Under the pieces are notes generated by a model. That model searched no databases. It was not told the DNA's origin and saw nothing but the letters and a program-made list of their open reading frames with translations. This document shows positions 39,993 through 49,073 of a stretch of 64,000 nt of DNA, piece by piece. Numbering within the stretch: position 1 is the stretch's first letter; each line of letters begins with the position of its first letter. The position numbers were made by a program, and so were the translations under genes. This DNA is from Candidatus Krumholzibacteriota bacterium (GTDB taxonomy: Bacteria; Krumholzibacteriota; Krumholzibacteriia; JAJRXK01): the NCBI GenBank assembly GCA_963764625.1, contig CAVXTH010000006.1:830048-894047 (forward strand). Direction: 5' to 3'.

Positions 39993-40592
39993 TCATGCCG
40001 AGGGAGGGTTCTTCGGGCTCCTCGCGGCTCGGGCATGGGCGTCCGCTCTGGCCAGGGCGGCCTGGACGATCCCGCCCAGGGTGCACCGCGGGGTCTCTCC
40101 CGGCGCCCCGTGCACCAGATGCAGCTCGAAGGGACACTCCAATCCCGAGACGGAACGAATGGCGTGAAGGCCGGCGTGAAACTGCGGCGTCTGGGCTTCC
40201 CGCGACTGCATGACGCAGCCGATGCTCTTGGGAAACAGCGTCCAGGCAAAGATCCCCAGCAAGTAGAACGAGCGCGAACTCATCGCCGTCTTGTTCGCCA
40301 GACACCAGAGCAAGAGATCTGGAGAGTCGAGCCTCTCGGATTGGAGTCGCTTGAGTCTCCTCTCGTCCACCGCGCCCCAATCGGCCACCCGGACCGGACC
40401 CTCGGACCTGCCATCGTTCGCCGCCAAATTCCCCAAACCCTCCCGCAGTTCACTCACCATCCTTCGCACGCGGTGGGAGTCGTCGGGCCCGGTGACCGCC
40501 ACGGAAAAACTGGGCGCCGAATGCGGGCGCAGAAAACTACTCGCGACTCGCTCCCAGCGTTCGCCCACCGCGTGCTCGCGCGCCTGGTTCAT
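39993..40592 (-). CDS. Hypothetical protein translationally coupled to the ParA-CBM48 gene
   Basis: ATGA overlap with the upstream stop; no recognisable catalytic motif. Confidence 0.65.
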   Translation of the reverse strand: MNQAREHAVGERWERVASSFLRPHSAPSFSVAVTGPDDSHRVRRMVSELREGLGNLAANDGRSEGPVRVADWGAVDERRLKRLQSERLDSPDLLLWCLANKTAMSSRSFYLLGIFAWTLFPKSIGCVMQSREAQTPQFHAGLHAIRSVSGLECPFELHLVHGAPGETPRCTLGGIVQAALARADAHARAARSPKNPPSA

Positions 40593-41677
40593 CGAGCCTC
40601 TCCCGAAGGCACCACCAGAACCGAATTCACCTGTCCGTAGGTGTTGCGCACCTGCTCGGGGTTCTCAGGGTCGGCGGTCCAAACCCCGTCCACGATGAAC
40701 TTGTACTCGTAGCAACCGGGAGCAATGGGTAGCTGAGCTTCCCAGTGCCCCTCCCCTCGCCGCTCGAGTTCCATTCCTTCCACCGACCAGTCGTTGAAGT
40801 CGCCGGTGACGCTCACCCGTTCCGCCGCGGGAAAGTAGCCGTGAAAGAGCACGCCGGCGGCCTTGACAAAAGGACCGTGCAAGAGCTCCTCCCACTCCAC
40901 CAGTTCCTGGCCGTCGACCGTCCATTCGCTGGACAGAAGTTCGGAGGCGAGGGCGGCGAAATCGGCCGCGGCCCGGCTGCCGCGATCGAAGCGATCGATC
41001 GGACTCCCGGCCTGCGCGGCTTCGCGAAGTCTCACCGTGGAACGGATGACGGTCTGCGCCAGGCATCCCGGCTGCAGCGCGCGCAGATCCTCCAGAATGC
41101 GTCGAGCGTGGCGGGTGCGCAGATCGAATGCGCTGGCCACGATGCGCAGCCGGGGCGCGTGTCCGCGTTCGGCCTGCAGGCCGCGAAGAGTGGCGGAGAA
41201 GCGTTGTACCGCGTCCACCGAGAAACGCCCCGCATCGACCGGCAGCACGACTTCCGAGCTCGCCAGGAGGGCGTTGAAGGTCAAGAGCCCGACCTGCGGT
41301 GGGTTGTCGATGATGACGAAGTCGTAGGGCATGTGCGAGACGGCCAGACATCCCACAAGGCGCCGCAGTTTGCGCGGAGCGTTCGAGAGATCCTGTTCCA
41401 CCGTGCTCAAGTCGATGTCGGCCGGAACCAGGAAGAGCTCGTTGCCCACCGTGATCCGTGCATCCTCTACCTTGAGCCCCTCTTGCAAATAGAGGTCTCG
41501 CGTGCTGAGGGCGAACTGGTTGGGTTCGAGACCCAGGGCAAGCGTGGCGTGACCTTGAGGATCGTTGTCGATGAGGAGGACGGTGTGACCGGAACCGGCG
41601 AGCGCCGAGGCGAGATTGACGGCGATCGTCGTCTTGCCCACTCCACCCTTTTGATTTGCTACGGAGAGAATACGCAT
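40589..41677 (-). CDS. ParA/Soj-family ATPase fused to a C-terminal CBM48 (AMPK-beta-type glycogen-binding) domain
   Basis: NQKGGVGKTT, IDNDPQG, VIIDNPP; tail VSVTGDFNDW..PGCYEYKFIVDGVWTADPENP..GQVNSVLVV; GAGGAG RBS. Confidence 0.92.
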   Translation of the reverse strand: MRILSVANQKGGVGKTTIAVNLASALAGSGHTVLLIDNDPQGHATLALGLEPNQFALSTRDLYLQEGLKVEDARITVGNELFLVPADIDLSTVEQDLSNAPRKLRRLVGCLAVSHMPYDFVIIDNPPQVGLLTFNALLASSEVVLPVDAGRFSVDAVQRFSATLRGLQAERGHAPRLRIVASAFDLRTRHARRILEDLRALQPGCLAQTVIRSTVRLREAAQAGSPIDRFDRGSRAAADFAALASELLSSEWTVDGQELVEWEELLHGPFVKAAGVLFHGYFPAAERVSVTGDFNDWSVEGMELERRGEGHWEAQLPIAPGCYEYKFIVDGVWTADPENPEQVRNTYGQVNSVLVVPSGEAR

Positions 41678-41921
41678 CGGAAACTCCTCTGCGAAATGCC
41701 ACAGAGCAAGTGAGCCCGATGTTCATGCTCGAGTTGTCTTCGCAGGGGCTCGACGATTCATCGTCTTCCCGCGAGACGGGCGAGTGCGCAAGAAACCGCG
41801 CTGGGGCAGAATCGCAGGAACCTTGCCTGGGCGCAGCATCTCCCCGACCGTCGTTGCGGTCAAGTCCCAAGCGCGCCTCCGGCCGCGGGGCCGCCAAGCT
41901 GAATTCAGCCGCTCCAGCCGC

Positions 41922-42365
41922 TCAATGAACCCCGATCCAGCCCTTTCCCAGCCAGTAGACCACGATTCCCACCGCGATTCCGCCCAAGACCTCCTGCCAG
42001 CTATGGCCGACTAGTTCTTTGAGGCGGGTTCGATCGACCTGGTGGGTCTCGTGGAGCTCGTCGACCATCTCGTTGAGGAGCTGGGCCTGGCGGCCCACTT
42101 CCTGTCGCAACCCGGTCGCTTCGAAGATGAAATAAAGACTGAAGATGAGCGAAATGCTGAAGAGGATGGAATCCCCCCCCTCGACCGAGTAGATGCTGAG
42201 GGTGAGGGTCGTCACCAGCGCGCTGTGACTGCTCGGCATGCCCCCGGTGTCCAGCACTCGAGCGACCGCGCGCACGCCTTCGGCCTTCGCATTTAAGAAG
42301 GGCTTCAAGAGCTGCGCGATCGCCATGCTGCCCAGAGACAGCCAACCGATGCTCCCAATCAACAT
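41922..42365 (-). CDS. Divergent PAP2 family membrane protein (DUF212)
   Basis: AQLLK, TGGMPSSHSA, LKELVGHSWQEVLGG. Confidence 0.9.
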   Translation of the reverse strand: MLIGSIGWLSLGSMAIAQLLKPFLNAKAEGVRAVARVLDTGGMPSSHSALVTTLTLSIYSVEGGDSILFSISLIFSLYFIFEATGLRQEVGRQAQLLNEMVDELHETHQVDRTRLKELVGHSWQEVLGGIAVGIVVYWLGKGWIGVH

Positions 42366-42415
42366 GATGGGCCAAGGCTAGAGGAGCGCAGGCGTTCGAG
42401 CAAGCGTTCCCCTCG

Positions 42416-43456
42416 CTATTCCTGGAAGGGTTGCTGACTGCTGAAGGCCGGCGCGTCCACGTGGAAGAGCTGGATATAGAGCCCGGGGAAAAGAATGCGT
42501 TGGTTGAGCCAGTCGTGAGCCTTCAAAAAGGCGGGGCCCAAGGGGAGTTTGCGGATCACGGGGTCGAGCCAGTAGATAGGCTCGAGCTCGATCCCCATCC
42601 CGAAGCGGTTCTTCAGCTCCTCGATGTTCAGACTCGTGATCTCATAGCTGAGAAAGACACACACCCAGGGACGCTGGTGCGGGCCGATGTCGTAGCCCAG
42701 ACCGAAGCGTCCGTTGGCGTGGTCGTGCCAGATGCTGGCCAGCGTGGCGTTGTCCTGTTCCGAAGGGCGAAACGCCCGCCCCCAATCCTTGTAGCCGAAC
42801 TGCAGGGAGAAGCGATCGATCCATTCGTGTCGAGCCGCCAGATCGCGCCCCTTGGTCGCCATCATCGCGCCCGTGAAATTCGCCACCGGATCGAGAGGGT
42901 CGAAGCGCACGTTGTGGACCCAACCGTTCAAGATCTCCATGTACATTTCGCTGCCGAACTCCCCCCACCACACTCCCTGGGTTCGGGCCCGCCCCGGCTG
43001 CACACCGGCGAAGCGCTGGGTCGCCGCCACGATCCCGCCCAACTCGCGCACCAGGAAGGCGTGCCCCACGAAGTCGTAAACATAGGCCTTCTCCAGACGC
43101 ACGATCTTGAACTTGCTGTCGACACGCCGTCGGCTTCCCACGTGGGTGGCGATGCCATAGAGGGCCAGGTAGGTGGAGGCGACCATGAGCTGCTGGCCCA
43201 GCCCCAATTGCCTGGGCTCAACTTCGGTCTGGGCTCTCCAGCTATCGTGCAGATTCGGTGCTTCCAGCGGGTCGGCTTGGGGAGTGAGGAACTCGTCGCC
43301 GCTCAGAGCGAGAGAGTACCGCGGGGAGCCGAGCTTCGCGTCGCTCTGTGCCCGAGCCGGTGCGGCCGTGAAGGCGAGCACGAGGAAGAGCAGGAGCAGC
43401 GCATGCCGAGGGAGCGCGTCCGCCGTAAGGCCAGAAGATGTCAGAGCGCGAATCAT
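42416..43456 (-). CDS. Exported YfiM/DUF2279-like protein
   Basis: Signal peptide; DFVGHAF and EILNG....FDPLDPVANFTG pattern. Confidence 0.6.
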   Translation of the reverse strand: MIRALTSSGLTADALPRHALLLLFLVLAFTAAPARAQSDAKLGSPRYSLALSGDEFLTPQADPLEAPNLHDSWRAQTEVEPRQLGLGQQLMVASTYLALYGIATHVGSRRRVDSKFKIVRLEKAYVYDFVGHAFLVRELGGIVAATQRFAGVQPGRARTQGVWWGEFGSEMYMEILNGWVHNVRFDPLDPVANFTGAMMATKGRDLAARHEWIDRFSLQFGYKDWGRAFRPSEQDNATLASIWHDHANGRFGLGYDIGPHQRPWVCVFLSYEITSLNIEELKNRFGMGIELEPIYWLDPVIRKLPLGPAFLKAHDWLNQRILFPGLYIQLFHVDAPAFSSQQPFQE

Positions 43457-43499
43457 CGGCAGAGTTTTACTCCCGACACCGCGTGATGGGCAGGAAAAA

Positions 43500-44381
43500 T
43501 CAGACCCCGCGCGCCATTTCGGTGAAATCGTTGGCCAAGGCGTCGAACGGAGCGTTCTTGCGGCGGAAGGCCAGTAGCTCGCGGTAGGCCAGAGGGGTCT
43601 TGAACACGCGTCGCAGCGAGCGCGACGCGCCCTCGGCCACCGCCTCGGGAAGCACGCTCCACCCCAGACCCAGCGACACCAGCTGCCGCAGCACTTCGGG
43701 GCTGCCGCTCTCGAGCGTGATCTTGGGGGTGATCCCGCGCTTGCTGAGGGCGGCGTCGATGAGGGCTCGCGTGCGCGATTTGGGCGGATAGAGAATCCAC
43801 TCGCACGCCCGCAGGTCCTTTCCGTGGCTTCCCGGCGGCGCGTAGATCAGCAGGGGTTCGCGCCTTATCCGCACCGCGGAAAAGTCCGGGTCGACCTGGG
43901 GTCCGATGGCGAAGGCGAGATCGAGCTGGAAGTGACGCAGCGCACTCAGAAGTTGCTGACTCGGCGCGACCGTCAGGGCCAGGTCCACCTCGGGGCGTTG
44001 CGCGCGGAAACTCTGCACCACGGCCGGCAGCACGTAGAGACTCGCGGCGTCGATCATCCCCACCCGCAGCACTCCGCTTCTCCCCTGGCGGCGGTCCTGC
44101 AGGCGGCGATCCACTTCCTCCGCTCGCTCCAGCACTTCCTGGGCGAAGCGCAGGAACTCCTCCCCCGCCGCGGTGAGCTGGCGCTTGCGTCCCTCGCGCT
44201 CGAAGAGCGCCACCCCGAGCCGCTTCTCCATCTCGCTCAAGGCCTGGGAGAGCGCCGGCTGGCTGACGTTCAGGGCCCGAGCTGCATCGCTGATCCCGCC
44301 CCGGCGCTGCACCTCGCGGAAGTACAGCAAGTGCTGGAAGTGCAGGTTCAGGGGCAATTTGGTGGAAGCGGACTTGTTCAC
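43500..44381 (-). CDS. LysR-family transcriptional regulator
   Basis: HTH ISDAARALNVSQPALSQALSEMEKRLGVALFER and LTAAG; start set at GTG 44381. Confidence 0.95.
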   Translation of the reverse strand: MNKSASTKLPLNLHFQHLLYFREVQRRGGISDAARALNVSQPALSQALSEMEKRLGVALFEREGRKRQLTAAGEEFLRFAQEVLERAEEVDRRLQDRRQGRSGVLRVGMIDAASLYVLPAVVQSFRAQRPEVDLALTVAPSQQLLSALRHFQLDLAFAIGPQVDPDFSAVRIRREPLLIYAPPGSHGKDLRACEWILYPPKSRTRALIDAALSKRGITPKITLESGSPEVLRQLVSLGLGWSVLPEAVAEGASRSLRRVFKTPLAYRELLAFRRKNAPFDALANDFTEMARGV

Positions 44382-44426
44382 GAGAAACCCCTCTCGACGC
44401 GGCGGACGGGGGCGCGCCTTCAAGAT

Positions 44427-44443
44427 CATAAGTATATCTTATG
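44427..44443. promoter_or_regulatory. LysR-type binding site (T-N11-A dyad)
   Basis: CATAAG-TATAT-CTTATG inverted repeat in the AT-rich lysR/ino1 divergent gap. Confidence 0.7.
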
Positions 44444-44552
44444 GTACTTACAACTTTTATCCATTAGCATAATATATTGGCCTCGCCTATCCTGCTGCTG
44501 CCAAGGCAAGCGCCTTCGGCCGAATCCTTAGAGCCACCCAGGAGGTAGCGCC

Positions 44553-45869
44553 GTGAGCAAGCCCATCGAAATCGCCCCCGCCAAAGGGAAACTGGGAATC
44601 CTGACCCCCGGCATGGGTGCCGTGGCGACCACTTTCTACGCGGGGGTTCTGAGCCTGCGCAAGGGACTCTGCGATCCCATCGGATCCCTCACCCAGATGG
44701 GCCACATTCGTCTGGGCAAGCGCACCGAGGACCGCCAGCCGCTCATCCGCGAGTTCGTTCCCCTGGCCCATCTCGACGACCTCGTCTTCGGCGGATGGGA
44801 TCCCATCTCCGAGAACGCCTACGAAGCCGCGACCACGGCCGGTGTCCTGAAAGAGAAAGATCTGCTGCAGGTCAAGGATGAGATGAGCGCGATTGTGGCC
44901 ATGCCCGCGGTCTTCGACAAGAACTGGGTGAAGAAGCTCGACGGCATTCACGTCAAGAGCGGCAAGACGAAGATGGATCTGGCGGAGCAGCTCATGGCGG
45001 ACATGGACGAGTTCAAGCAGAAAAACGGCTGCGATCGTCTGGTCATCGTGTGGTGCGCCAGCACCGAGGTCTACGAGGAGCCGAGCGAGGTCCATCAAAC
45101 GGTGCAGGCCTTCGAGGAAGGACTGCGCAACAACGATCCGCGCATCAGCCCCAGCCAGATCTACGGCTACGCCGCGATGAAAAAGAAGGTGCCCTTCGCC
45201 AACGGCGCGCCCAATCTCACCATGGACGTCCCGGCCATCATGGAGCTGGCCATGGAGAACCGCGTGCCCATCGGCGGTAAGGATTTCAAGACCGGCCAGA
45301 CCTTGATGAAGACGATCCTCGCCCCCGGCTTCAAGGCCCGCATGCTGGGTTTGAACGGCTGGTTCTCGACCAACATCCTGGGCAACCGCGATGGCGAGGT
45401 GCTCGACGATCCGGGCAGTTTCAAGAGCAAGGAAGTGAGCAAGCTCAGCGTGCTCGACACCATCTTGCAGCCCGAGAAATATCCCACTCTCTACAAAGAC
45501 CTCTACCACAAGGTGCGGATCAACTACTATCCGCCGCGTGGAGACAACAAAGAAGGCTGGGACAACATCGACATCTTCGGCTGGATGGGTTACCCCATGC
45601 AGATCAAGATCGACTTCCTGTGCCGCGATAGCATTCTCGCCGCGCCCATCGTGCTGGATCTGGCGCTCTTCATGGATCTGGCCCAACGCGCCAACCAACG
45701 CGGGATCCAGGAGTGGCTCTCGTTCTACTTCAAGAGCCCCCAGGCTGCCCCGGGCCTGTATCCCGAGCATGATCTCTTCATTCAGCAGACGAAGCTCAAG
45801 AACACGCTGCGTCACTGGATGGGAGAAGACCTCATTACGCACTTGGGTACCGAGTACTACCCCGAGTAG
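44553..45869 (+). CDS. ino1: myo-Inositol-1-phosphate synthase
   Basis: WCASTE, FANGAPN, GKDFKTGQT, NILGNRDG, CRDSILAAP; AGGAGG RBS. Confidence 0.95.
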   Translation: MSKPIEIAPAKGKLGILTPGMGAVATTFYAGVLSLRKGLCDPIGSLTQMGHIRLGKRTEDRQPLIREFVPLAHLDDLVFGGWDPISENAYEAATTAGVLKEKDLLQVKDEMSAIVAMPAVFDKNWVKKLDGIHVKSGKTKMDLAEQLMADMDEFKQKNGCDRLVIVWCASTEVYEEPSEVHQTVQAFEEGLRNNDPRISPSQIYGYAAMKKKVPFANGAPNLTMDVPAIMELAMENRVPIGGKDFKTGQTLMKTILAPGFKARMLGLNGWFSTNILGNRDGEVLDDPGSFKSKEVSKLSVLDTILQPEKYPTLYKDLYHKVRINYYPPRGDNKEGWDNIDIFGWMGYPMQIKIDFLCRDSILAAPIVLDLALFMDLAQRANQRGIQEWLSFYFKSPQAAPGLYPEHDLFIQQTKLKNTLRHWMGEDLITHLGTEYYPE

Positions 45870-45878
45870 TCTCGAGAC

Positions 45879-47129
45879 TTGAGCACTGAAGTCGACACCC
45901 GGCGTCCACGACTCCCGGCGGCGATTTCGTATGGAGCAGCCTTCTACGGCTCTCTGTTCGTGAATCTCGCCCAGTCGATCCTCCTGTTCCGCATTCTGGG
46001 ACCGGCGAGGACCGGCGTGTGGCTGGTGCTCTTTCTGCTCTTCGACTACGGCCAGCATTTCCACTTCGGGGTCAATCCCTCGCTGAATCGGCAACTCCCC
46101 TTGCGGATGGGTCAAGGCCGAAGCGACGAAGTGCTCCTCTACGCGCAGCGCTGCGCCGGTTTGCTCACGCTTCTCTGCTGCGCTTGGGTGGTCACGGCGG
46201 GCGGGGTGTCGTTGGTGTTCTACCGCGCGCACCCCTTCGGGGCCGCCGCGTTCATCGTGGCGGTGATCCTCGAGCTCTGGCTGCAGTTCCACCTCGGCCT
46301 GCTCAAAACGCACTCGCGCTTTGGCCGGGTGGGGCTGGTTCTGCTGTTCCGCTCCTTGCTCAACCTGAGCCTTTTGCCGATGGTGGTGGCCTACGGGCTG
46401 CACGGCGCATTCGTGCGCCTCGTCATCATGCAGGTCTTCGCCCTCATCCTCGCGGTGATCTGGGCGCCCCTGCATCCGCGGCTCGATTTTTCCGGCAATC
46501 GCTACGAGATCTTCCGCGACGGTTTTCCGCTTTTGGCGGTGGCGTTGGTGTTCAGCTTCCAGTTCACCATCAACAAGGCGCTCATCGCGGCCGGCTACGG
46601 GCAGGCGGTGGTGGGAAGCGAGTACGGTCTGGCCGCGGTGGGACTCTCCATCATGATGGTGGTTCCCGGAGCCCTCGGCGTCACCTCCTACCCCAGCATG
46701 CTCCAGCTCTTCGGGGCCTACGGGCGAGCGAGCCTGCTGCGCGCGCGCGTGCTCCGGCACACGCTCTACGTGGTGGTCATCTCGACGGTCGCCGTCGTCC
46801 TGGGGTGGCTTCTGCTTCCCTGGGTGGTGGCCACCGCCCTGCCGGCGTACCAGCAGGGAGTCCCGGCTGCTCGCTGGATTCTCCCGGGGGTGATCTTCTT
46901 CTCGGCCTCGGTGCCCTCGACCTACTTCCTGCAGACCATTCGCCATCAGGACCGGCATCTGGTGGTCAGTCTCTGCGCGCTCGGCCTCCAGATCGCACTG
47001 GTGGAACGCGTCATCCATCGAGGTGGTTCGGTGGTGGAGGTCTGTCAGGTCACCTCCTTGGCCTACGCGATCTACGGAGTGGTCCTGTTCTCGGTCTTTC
47101 TGTGGGGAGCCAGGGAGCGCGCGAGTTGA
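45879..47129 (+). CDS. Wzx-type oligosaccharide flippase
   Basis: About 12 TM helices, RILGP..G.W start pattern. Confidence 0.75.
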   Translation: MSTEVDTRRPRLPAAISYGAAFYGSLFVNLAQSILLFRILGPARTGVWLVLFLLFDYGQHFHFGVNPSLNRQLPLRMGQGRSDEVLLYAQRCAGLLTLLCCAWVVTAGGVSLVFYRAHPFGAAAFIVAVILELWLQFHLGLLKTHSRFGRVGLVLLFRSLLNLSLLPMVVAYGLHGAFVRLVIMQVFALILAVIWAPLHPRLDFSGNRYEIFRDGFPLLAVALVFSFQFTINKALIAAGYGQAVVGSEYGLAAVGLSIMMVVPGALGVTSYPSMLQLFGAYGRASLLRARVLRHTLYVVVISTVAVVLGWLLLPWVVATALPAYQQGVPAARWILPGVIFFSASVPSTYFLQTIRHQDRHLVVSLCALGLQIALVERVIHRGGSVVEVCQVTSLAYAIYGVVLFSVFLWGARERAS

Positions 47130-47195
47130 CACGCGCGCGGGTTCGAAGATAGCCTCGCTCAACCCCTCCATCCCACTCGCTTGGAAAGAGTCTCC

Positions 47196-48377
47196 ATGGA
47201 ACCCATTCCCTTTCACATTCCTTCCATCGACGAGAGCGACATCCCCGGAGTCCTCGAGGTGTTGCGCGAGCGCTGGGTGACCACCGGTCCCAAGTGCCGT
47301 CAATTCGAGACGGAATTCGCCCAGTACCTGGCCGAGGAATCCGGGGAGGAACTGCACTGCATCGCGGTGAATTCGGGCACCGCGGGCTTGCATCTCGGCC
47401 TGGAGGCACTGGGAGTGGGCCGCGGCGACCTGGTCCTCACCCCCAGCTTCACCTTCACCGCCTCGGCCGAAGTGGCGCGCTATCTGGGCGCGGACCCGCT
47501 CCTGGTGGACAACGAACCCGATCAATTCCACGTGAGCGCCACCGCGTATCGAAATGCGTACGCGAAGCTACCCAAGGACCAGCGCAAGCGCGTGAAGGCG
47601 ATCGTGCCAGTGCACTACGGCGGCATCCCGGTGGAGATGGATGAACTCGAGGACTTCTGCCGCGCCGAGCGGCTCGGGCTGGTGGATGACGCCGCACACG
47701 CTCTGCCCACCCGGCGCAAGGGCAAGCTCATCGGGCGCTACGGCGATGTCACTTCCTTCTCCTTCTATGCCACCAAGACTCTCTGCACCGGAGAGGGCGG
47801 CATGGCCGTCACCCGCAATGCCGAGCTGGCGGCGCGCATGCGCACCATGCGTCTACACGGCATCAGCCACGACGTCTTCGATCGCTACCGGAAGACAGAC
47901 AGTTGGTACTACGAGGTGGTGGCGCCGGGCTACAAGTACAACATGAGTGACATCATGGCCGCGCTGGGCCTGAGTCAATTGAAGCGAGTGGACAGTTTCC
48001 GGCTCCGTCGTGCCGCCATCGCCGCCGCGTACTCCGAAAACTTCTCCGCCGTCGACGGGCTGATCGCCCCCAAGGAAAGCTACGGCAGCGACCGCTATGC
48101 CTGGCACCTCTACCCCCTTCGGGTCAAGGGGGGACGCGCCGTGCGGGACGCGTTGATCACGAAGCTGGCCGGGCGCGGAATCGGCACCAGCGTTCACTTC
48201 ATCCCTTTGCATCTACAGCCCTACTACCGCGACACCTACCAGCTGAGTCCCAAGGATTTTCCGAACGCCCAGGCCCTGTTCGAGAGTGAAATCTCCTTGC
48301 CCATCTACCCCTTCATGAAGATCGAGCAGCTCCACTGGATCATCAAGCAAGTCGTTGATTGTATGTCGATTGAGTGA
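47196..48377 (+). CDS. DegT/DnrJ/EryC1 sugar aminotransferase
   Basis: NSGTAGLHL, DDAAHA, SFYATKTLCTGEGG, GYKYNM. Confidence 0.95.
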   Translation: MEPIPFHIPSIDESDIPGVLEVLRERWVTTGPKCRQFETEFAQYLAEESGEELHCIAVNSGTAGLHLGLEALGVGRGDLVLTPSFTFTASAEVARYLGADPLLVDNEPDQFHVSATAYRNAYAKLPKDQRKRVKAIVPVHYGGIPVEMDELEDFCRAERLGLVDDAAHALPTRRKGKLIGRYGDVTSFSFYATKTLCTGEGGMAVTRNAELAARMRTMRLHGISHDVFDRYRKTDSWYYEVVAPGYKYNMSDIMAALGLSQLKRVDSFRLRRAAIAAAYSENFSAVDGLIAPKESYGSDRYAWHLYPLRVKGGRAVRDALITKLAGRGIGTSVHFIPLHLQPYYRDTYQLSPKDFPNAQALFESEISLPIYPFMKIEQLHWIIKQVVDCMSIE

Positions 48378-48409
48378 ACACGAGTGAACCCGGCAACGAG
48401 CTTTCGAGC

Positions 48410-48437
48410 TTGACACCCCCGGCCCGGCGACTAGTCT
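48410..48437 (+). promoter_or_regulatory. Internal sigma70 promoter before the sugar transferase
   Basis: TTGACA-N16-TAGTCT. Confidence 0.5.
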
Positions 48438-48476
48438 CATGCCGATTGGGCAAGTTCCAGCGTCCGGGAGAGGGGA

Positions 48477-49073
48477 ATGCCGCGATTCATCGATATCACC
48501 GCTGCGGCACTCGGCTTGGTGCTGGGGGCTCCGCTGTGGTTTGTCATCGGGTTGGCGGTGAAGCTTACTTCTCCGGGACCGGCGCTCTTTTCCCAAGAAC
48601 GCATCGGCCGTCACGGACACCTCTTCCAAATTCTGAAATTTCGCACCATGCGTCTCGACCCCACGGGTGAGTTCTATCTTCTCACTCTCGGAGACCGCGA
48701 TCCGCGCGTGACCAAAGTGGGACGCCTACTCCGTCGCTGTAAGCTCGACGAAATTCCCCAGCTCTTCAACGTCCTGCGCGGAGAGATGAGTCTGGTGGGT
48801 CCGCGTCCGGAAGTTCCGAAGTTCGTGAGCTTGCACGACGCGCTGCAGATCGAAGTCTTGAGCGTGCGTCCGGGGCTGACCGATCCCGCCAGCATCGTAT
48901 TTCGCAACGAGAGTTTGCTTCTGGAGAAGGCGCTCGATCCCGAGCGCTACTATCGCGAGAAGATCCTGCCACGGAAACTCGCGCTCAGCCGCAGCTACAT
49001 CAATCATCGCTCACCGCGAAGCGACGTCGGCATCATCGCCAAGACCCTGCAGAAGGCGGTCTTCCGCGGCTAG
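48477..49073 (+). CDS. Monotopic phosphoglycosyl transferase (Bac_transf, PglC-like)
   Basis: [33 protein letters not shown]. Confidence 0.95.
   Translation: MPRFIDITAAALGLVLGAPLWFVIGLAVKLTSPGPALFSQERIGRHGHLFQILKFRTMRLDPTGEFYLLTLGDRDPRVTKVGRLLRRCKLDEIPQLFNVLRGEMSLVGPRPEVPKFVSLHDALQIEVLSVRPGLTDPASIVFRNESLLLEKALDPERYYREKILPRKLALSRSYINHRSPRSDVGIIAKTLQKAVFRG

Noticed and set aside
40589-41677. ParA as the McdA-like positioning factor for the BMC
   Set aside because: It lies 35 kb from the BMC locus, carries a carbohydrate-binding domain and is linked to glycan genes. Nothing in the sequence ties it to the shell.
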